In this document: in pieces, positions 16,787-20,000 of the stretch
Numbering within the stretch: the stretch's first letter is position 1
How the letters are laid out: each line of letters starts with the position of its first letter
Position numbers and translations under genes: made by a program
The notes under the pieces: model-generated
Database searches by the model: none
The model's input: only the letters and a program-made list of their open reading frames with translations
Told to the model about the DNA's origin: nothing
Assembly (NCBI GenBank): GCA_052055015.1
Contig: JBQJIT010000011.1
Origin: Malassezia furfur
Lineage: Eukaryota
Strand: one strand, 5' to 3'
DNA length: 20,000 nucleotides

Positions 16787-17411
16787 ATGGACACCGACTA
16801 CTGGAGTGTCGAGGCGATCCTCGCCGAGTCGCAGCGGCTCCCATGCACGTTTAGCGTAGATGTGCCCGGGCTGGGCTACCTGGAGGAGTCTGGCGAGATT
16901 GATGTACGTGTGAGGCTCACACAGATGCACAAGCACACGCGCGTAGAGCTCGTGTATTGGATGGCGCACATGCTCGCCGTATAGTAGGTGCTGCGTGCTC
17001 ACGCAGCGAGATTGTCACGATCCAGATGCCGCGGGCACTTGGCTCGCGCGTGCGGGCGGCGCTGGATGCGAGTCCCACGTCCGTGCAGCTGCACAACCTC
17101 CTGCCGCATTGGTACGCCTTGGCCGTGCGCCTCGCGCGACTGCTCGAGTCGGACGCGCTGTACGCGATGCTGTCCAAGGTACGTGGCGCGCTTACCAGCA
17201 GACCTATGTGGGCCGCATCGCGCGCATCTACGAGCTGGCCGTGCTGCTCTCGCGCACGCCGGCCGACGCCAGCGCACGATCGACGGACGCGGCGCTGACG
17301 CACGACATGCAGGCGTTTATGCAGGGCCTCGACGACAGCGAGCAGGTGCTGCTTACGGCGGGGCGCGCGGCGACGCGCACCATGCAAGAGTTTCTCGCGG
17401 GGAGAGACTAA
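16787..17411 (+). CDS. PSF3: GINS complex subunit Psf3, 185 aa; exons 16787-16903, 16925-16983, 17007-17178, 17202-17411
   Basis: DYWSVEAILAESQRLPCTFSVDVPGLGYLE, RVELVYWMAHMLA, PRALGSRVRAALDASPTSVQL...HWY, TYVGRIARI, FMQGLDDSEQVL match the Psf3 pattern. Three short introns give a 558-nt CDS. Confidence 0.88.
16904..16924 (+). other. 21-nt intron (PSF3 intron 1), in frame and stop-free
   Basis: GTACGT-GTGAGG-CTCAC-ACAG, same architecture as the other introns. Not forced by the reading frame (would encode VRVRLTQ). Confidence 0.72.
16984..17006 (+). other. 23-nt intron (PSF3 intron 2)
   Basis: GTAGGT-GCTGCGTG-CTCAC-GCAG. Removal converts GTA TA|G (stop) to GTA TA|C GAG (V-Y-E) and continues into the Psf3 frame. 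Confidence 0.82.
17179..17201 (+). other. 23-nt intron (PSF3 intron 3) with tandem CAGCAG acceptor
   Basis: GTACGT-GGCGCG-CTTAC-CAGCAG. An acceptor at 17201 gives LSK|TYVGR; an acceptor at 17198 (20-nt intron) adds one Gln. Confidence 0.78.
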
Positions 17412-17418
17412 TTGTACT

Positions 17419-20000
17419 TTACATAGACTCCAAATCGGTCACGAGGCTGTGCAGCTGCGCGAGGCGGTCCTTGCGCGCCTGCACGGGCGACGGCGTGCGG
17501 TGCAGATCGTCGCGCGGCGAACCCGTGCGCGGCGAGTGTGGCACACCGAGGTGCGATGGCTGCGGCGTGGAGGTGCGTGAGAGCGACGTGGAGCGCGTCA
17601 TGGTCTCGCTCAGCTCCGGCGTGGTGACGCGCTGCGAGAGCGACTCGAGCCAGGCGGCGTGGTCGGGCAGGTCGGTGACAAAGTGCGGCTGCGTGTCGTC
17701 CTTGGCACCCGAGGCGCTCCACGACGTGCCCATCAGCCCGTGGTTTGACAGCGAGGAGAGCAGCGAGGTGCTCGTATGCTCGTCGGCCGAGTCGTCGCGC
17801 AGGTCGCGCACCTCGCGCGCATAGTCCTCGCGGCGCAGCAGGTAGGGGCGCAGGAGCTGCTCGTCGATCTTGGCGAGGTGCCCCTCGCGCATGTACGACT
17901 TGAGCACGGCCGGCTGCACGATGAACAGGTTGCCGAGCTGGCGCAGCATCTCGAAGCGGTCCGTCACGACGGGCACCTCGAAGCGCCCGCACACGTCCTG
18001 GTACATGGCAAGGTCCTTGGTGAGCATCAGGCCGCCCGTGGCGCTGACCGTGTACTTTTTGAGGTGCTCGAGCAGCTGCGCGTGGAAGCCGACGCCGATC
18101 TCGAGGAGCAGCGACTCGCGCGTGCGCTCGGGCAGGTAGGCGAACGCCGCGGCCTGCACCGCGTCGAGCACGTCGACGATCGCGAGGCACGGGTCGGTGT
18201 TGAGGCGCGCAAACATCACGTCGTCGTCCTTCGGCGCGTAGTCCGTCTTCTTCTGCGTCGCGAGGCGCGCCGCGAGGAACGCGAGCAGGTTGTCGGTGAA
18301 CTTTTGCAGCAGCGCACCGCACTTGCCCTCGACACGCAGCATGTTGTGGTTGTTGTAGATGAGCGTCTCGCGCCGGATCGTGACGCTCGGCGCAGTGAGC
18401 GGCAGCACGGCCTTTTGCACATAGTGCTGCCACAGCGCCACGAGCTGCTCAACGCGCTGCACAAGCTGCAGCGGGAGCACGTCGGGCGCGGCGTTCGCAC
18501 GCGCGTCGTACGAAAACAGCTGCACGGTCGCCGTCTCGAGCGCGGCCTCCACATACGCCTTGAGGTAGGCGTCGGTGCCGACGCGCAGCAGCGCAAACGT
18601 GTTCTTCGGCACCTCGCTCGCCTGGCCGAGGTCGACGCACCGGCCGAGCGCCTCGGCGTGCCAACGGAGCAGGCGCTCGGCCAGCTCGAGCGAGAGTTCG
18701 CCGCGTGCGTCCGGCGCATCCGACTCGTCGGCCGGCGTCTCCTCCTCGACGGGCGCCGTCGGCTGCGTGCCGCGCGCGCGGTCAACGAGCTTGCGGAACG
18801 ACGACACGTTGGCGTTCGACGGCTCCTTGCCGTACCCGGCGCTGTCGGAGAGCGTCGCAAACGCGACGCTGCTCCCGAACGAGCCCGCCTGGCCGCCGGT
18901 GAACTGGTCGCGCACGCGGCTGAAGATGGTCGCATTCGCGCGGCTCGCCTTGATCGTGTTGCGGTGCCACGTGAAGAAGCGGCCGAGCGCACCGGCGTAC
19001 AGACCGCTCAGCACGCGGCACTCGCGGTCGATGTACTTGACCTGGTCGAGGTACGGGAAAAAGAGCTCCTCGACCGCCTGGTCGAGCATCGCGCCGAGCG
19101 GACTGCCGCCGGCCGCCGCAAGCTGCGCCGCAGAGTACGCAGGGACGCCGAGTGCGCCGCTTGCCTCGGCACGCACGAGGCCGTCGGCGTCGGTGCCTGC
19201 GAGCGGGAAGAGGCTGTCGAGCCCGCCCGTCGCACCAAACGGCCCGCCCGACGTCGTGATGCCGGCGCTGCGCAGGTCGATCGTCTTGAGGTCGTCGACG
19301 AGCTGTAGTGCACTGCTGCGTGTGACGTGCAGCATGCGCAGGAACGCGAGGCCGGCGGTGTCCGCGGTCGGGTCGTGCCGCGCGGTGATTGGTGCGTGCT
19401 CCTGGTCGATGGCGTGCGCGCGCTGCATAATCGCCTCGATAAACGCCTGGACGCTCTGTGCAAAGACGCGCTGCAGGAACGTCTGCATGACCAGCAGCGG
19501 GCTCGGGAACACGGCGGCGATGATCTGCGCCTCGAGCTCGACCGTGCGCCGGATCTCGACAAAGAGCGCATCGAGCGCGGGCTCCTTGCGCGGTGGCAGC
19601 GCATTCGGGTCGGCCACTGCCTCCCACATGGGCGATGACCCAATTTGCTCGGCCTGCACGACCCGGTCCTTGGAGATGAAAAAATCGTGCTGGTTCACAT
19701 AGATCTGGATGCAGCTCACGCCCCCGTTGAAGCTCTGAAGCACCTGCGCAATGTGGAACATCATCTTGGGGTCCGAGCGCCGGTAGTACTTGTCGAAGAG
19801 CTTGAGCATGTCGCGCTCGAACTGCTCGCAGTACGCGTCGACCGCCTCGCGAGTCGCAGCGCTCCCGGGGATGTCGACCTCGCGCGCAATCACAGCGAGG
19901 CGCCGTGCGATCATCGCGGCCTTGAGACGGCCCTCACGCCCGCCGTCCTTGCGCAGCTTGTCGAGGCGCTTGGTGTCGCCGCGCGCAAACATGTAGTAGT
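17419..20000 (-). CDS. SEC10: Exocyst complex component Sec10 (5'-partial; frame is open to the window edge)
   Basis: Helical-rod protein with FNGGVSCIQIYVNQHDFF, IIAAVFP...FLQRVFAQS, LATQKKTDYAPKDDD, EIGVGFHAQLLEHLKKYTVSATGGLMLTKDL, FEMLRQLGNLFIVQP, typical of Sec10. Codons upstream of ATG 19992 read TAC TAC with no stop, so the true start lies outside the window. Confidence 0.92.
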   Translation of the reverse strand, partial: YYMFARGDTKRLDKLRKDGGREGRLKAAMIARRLAVIAREVDIPGSAATREAVDAYCEQFERDMLKLFDKYYRRSDPKMMFHIAQVLQSFNGGVSCIQIYVNQHDFFISKDRVVQAEQIGSSPMWEAVADPNALPPRKEPALDALFVEIRRTVELEAQIIAAVFPSPLLVMQTFLQRVFAQSVQAFIEAIMQRAHAIDQEHAPITARHDPTADTAGLAFLRMLHVTRSSALQLVDDLKTIDLRSAGITTSGGPFGATGGLDSLFPLAGTDADGLVRAEASGALGVPAYSAAQLAAAGGSPLGAMLDQAVEELFFPYLDQVKYIDRECRVLSGLYAGALGRFFTWHRNTIKASRANATIFSRVRDQFTGGQAGSFGSSVAFATLSDSAGYGKEPSNANVSSFRKLVDRARGTQPTAPVEEETPADESDAPDARGELSLELAERLLRWHAEALGRCVDLGQASEVPKNTFALLRVGTDAYLKAYVEAALETATVQLFSYDARANAAPDVLPLQLVQRVEQLVALWQHYVQKAVLPLTAPSVTIRRETLIYNNHNMLRVEGKCGALLQKFTDNLLAFLAARLATQKKTDYAPKDDDVMFARLNTDPCLAIVDVLDAVQAAAFAYLPERTRESLLLEIGVGFHAQLLEHLKKYTVSATGGLMLTKDLAMYQDVCGRFEVPVVTDRFEMLRQLGNLFIVQPAVLKSYMREGHLAKIDEQLLRPYLLRREDYAREVRDLRDDSADEHTSTSLLSSLSNHGLMGTSWSASGAKDDTQPHFVTDLPDHAAWLESLSQRVTTPELSETMTRSTSLSRTSTPQPSHLGVPHSPRTGSPRDDLHRTPSPVQARKDRLAQLHSLVTDLESM

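Noticed and set aside
13605..17411. Fragmented RPC17, THI6 and PSF3 ORFs read as pseudogenes, frameshifting or stop readthrough
   Set aside because: Every break coincides with a GTA(C/G)GT...CTNAY...CAG element whose removal restores the conserved protein, so splicing is the simpler explanation.
17776..19308. 510-aa + strand ORF opposite SEC10, and the many other Arg/Ala-rich alternative-frame ORFs in the track
   Set aside because: Expected stop-codon scarcity in GC-rich DNA; they lie within well-supported genes and have no motifs.
1..20000. Prokaryotic origin, CRISPR array, transposon or RNA genes
   Set aside because: Genes are eukaryote-type with spliceosomal introns; no repeat-spacer array, transposase/RT motifs, terminal repeats or tRNA/rRNA signatures were seen.

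Overview
GC-rich, extremely gene-dense eukaryotic DNA from a fungus, most consistent with the basidiomycete yeast Malassezia (inferred from gene content, high GC, intergenic gaps of 1-206 bp between most genes and tiny introns). Gene order: possible 3' end of an upstream gene; a ~1450-aa low-complexity/coiled-coil protein (+); three tandem M20 Gly-Xaa carboxypeptidase (Cps1/PM20D1-like) paralogues (+); a Bor1-type borate/HCO3- transporter (-); RNA Pol III subunit Rpc17 (+, 2 introns); mitochondrial ribosomal protein S18 (-); bifunctional Thi6 (+, 1 intron); GINS subunit Psf3 (+, 3 introns); exocyst Sec10 (-, runs off the window). Highlights: (1) six spliceosomal introns of only 21-24 nt with the branch point fused to the 3' splice site; (2) the large unnamed protein has GM130/Bug1-golgin-like termini plus three HxRxxS motifs; (3) the peptidase triplication kept an 18-bp E-box element plus GATA site in two promoters, degraded in the third, more AT-rich copy. 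No mobile elements, RNA genes or CRISPR arrays were recognised.
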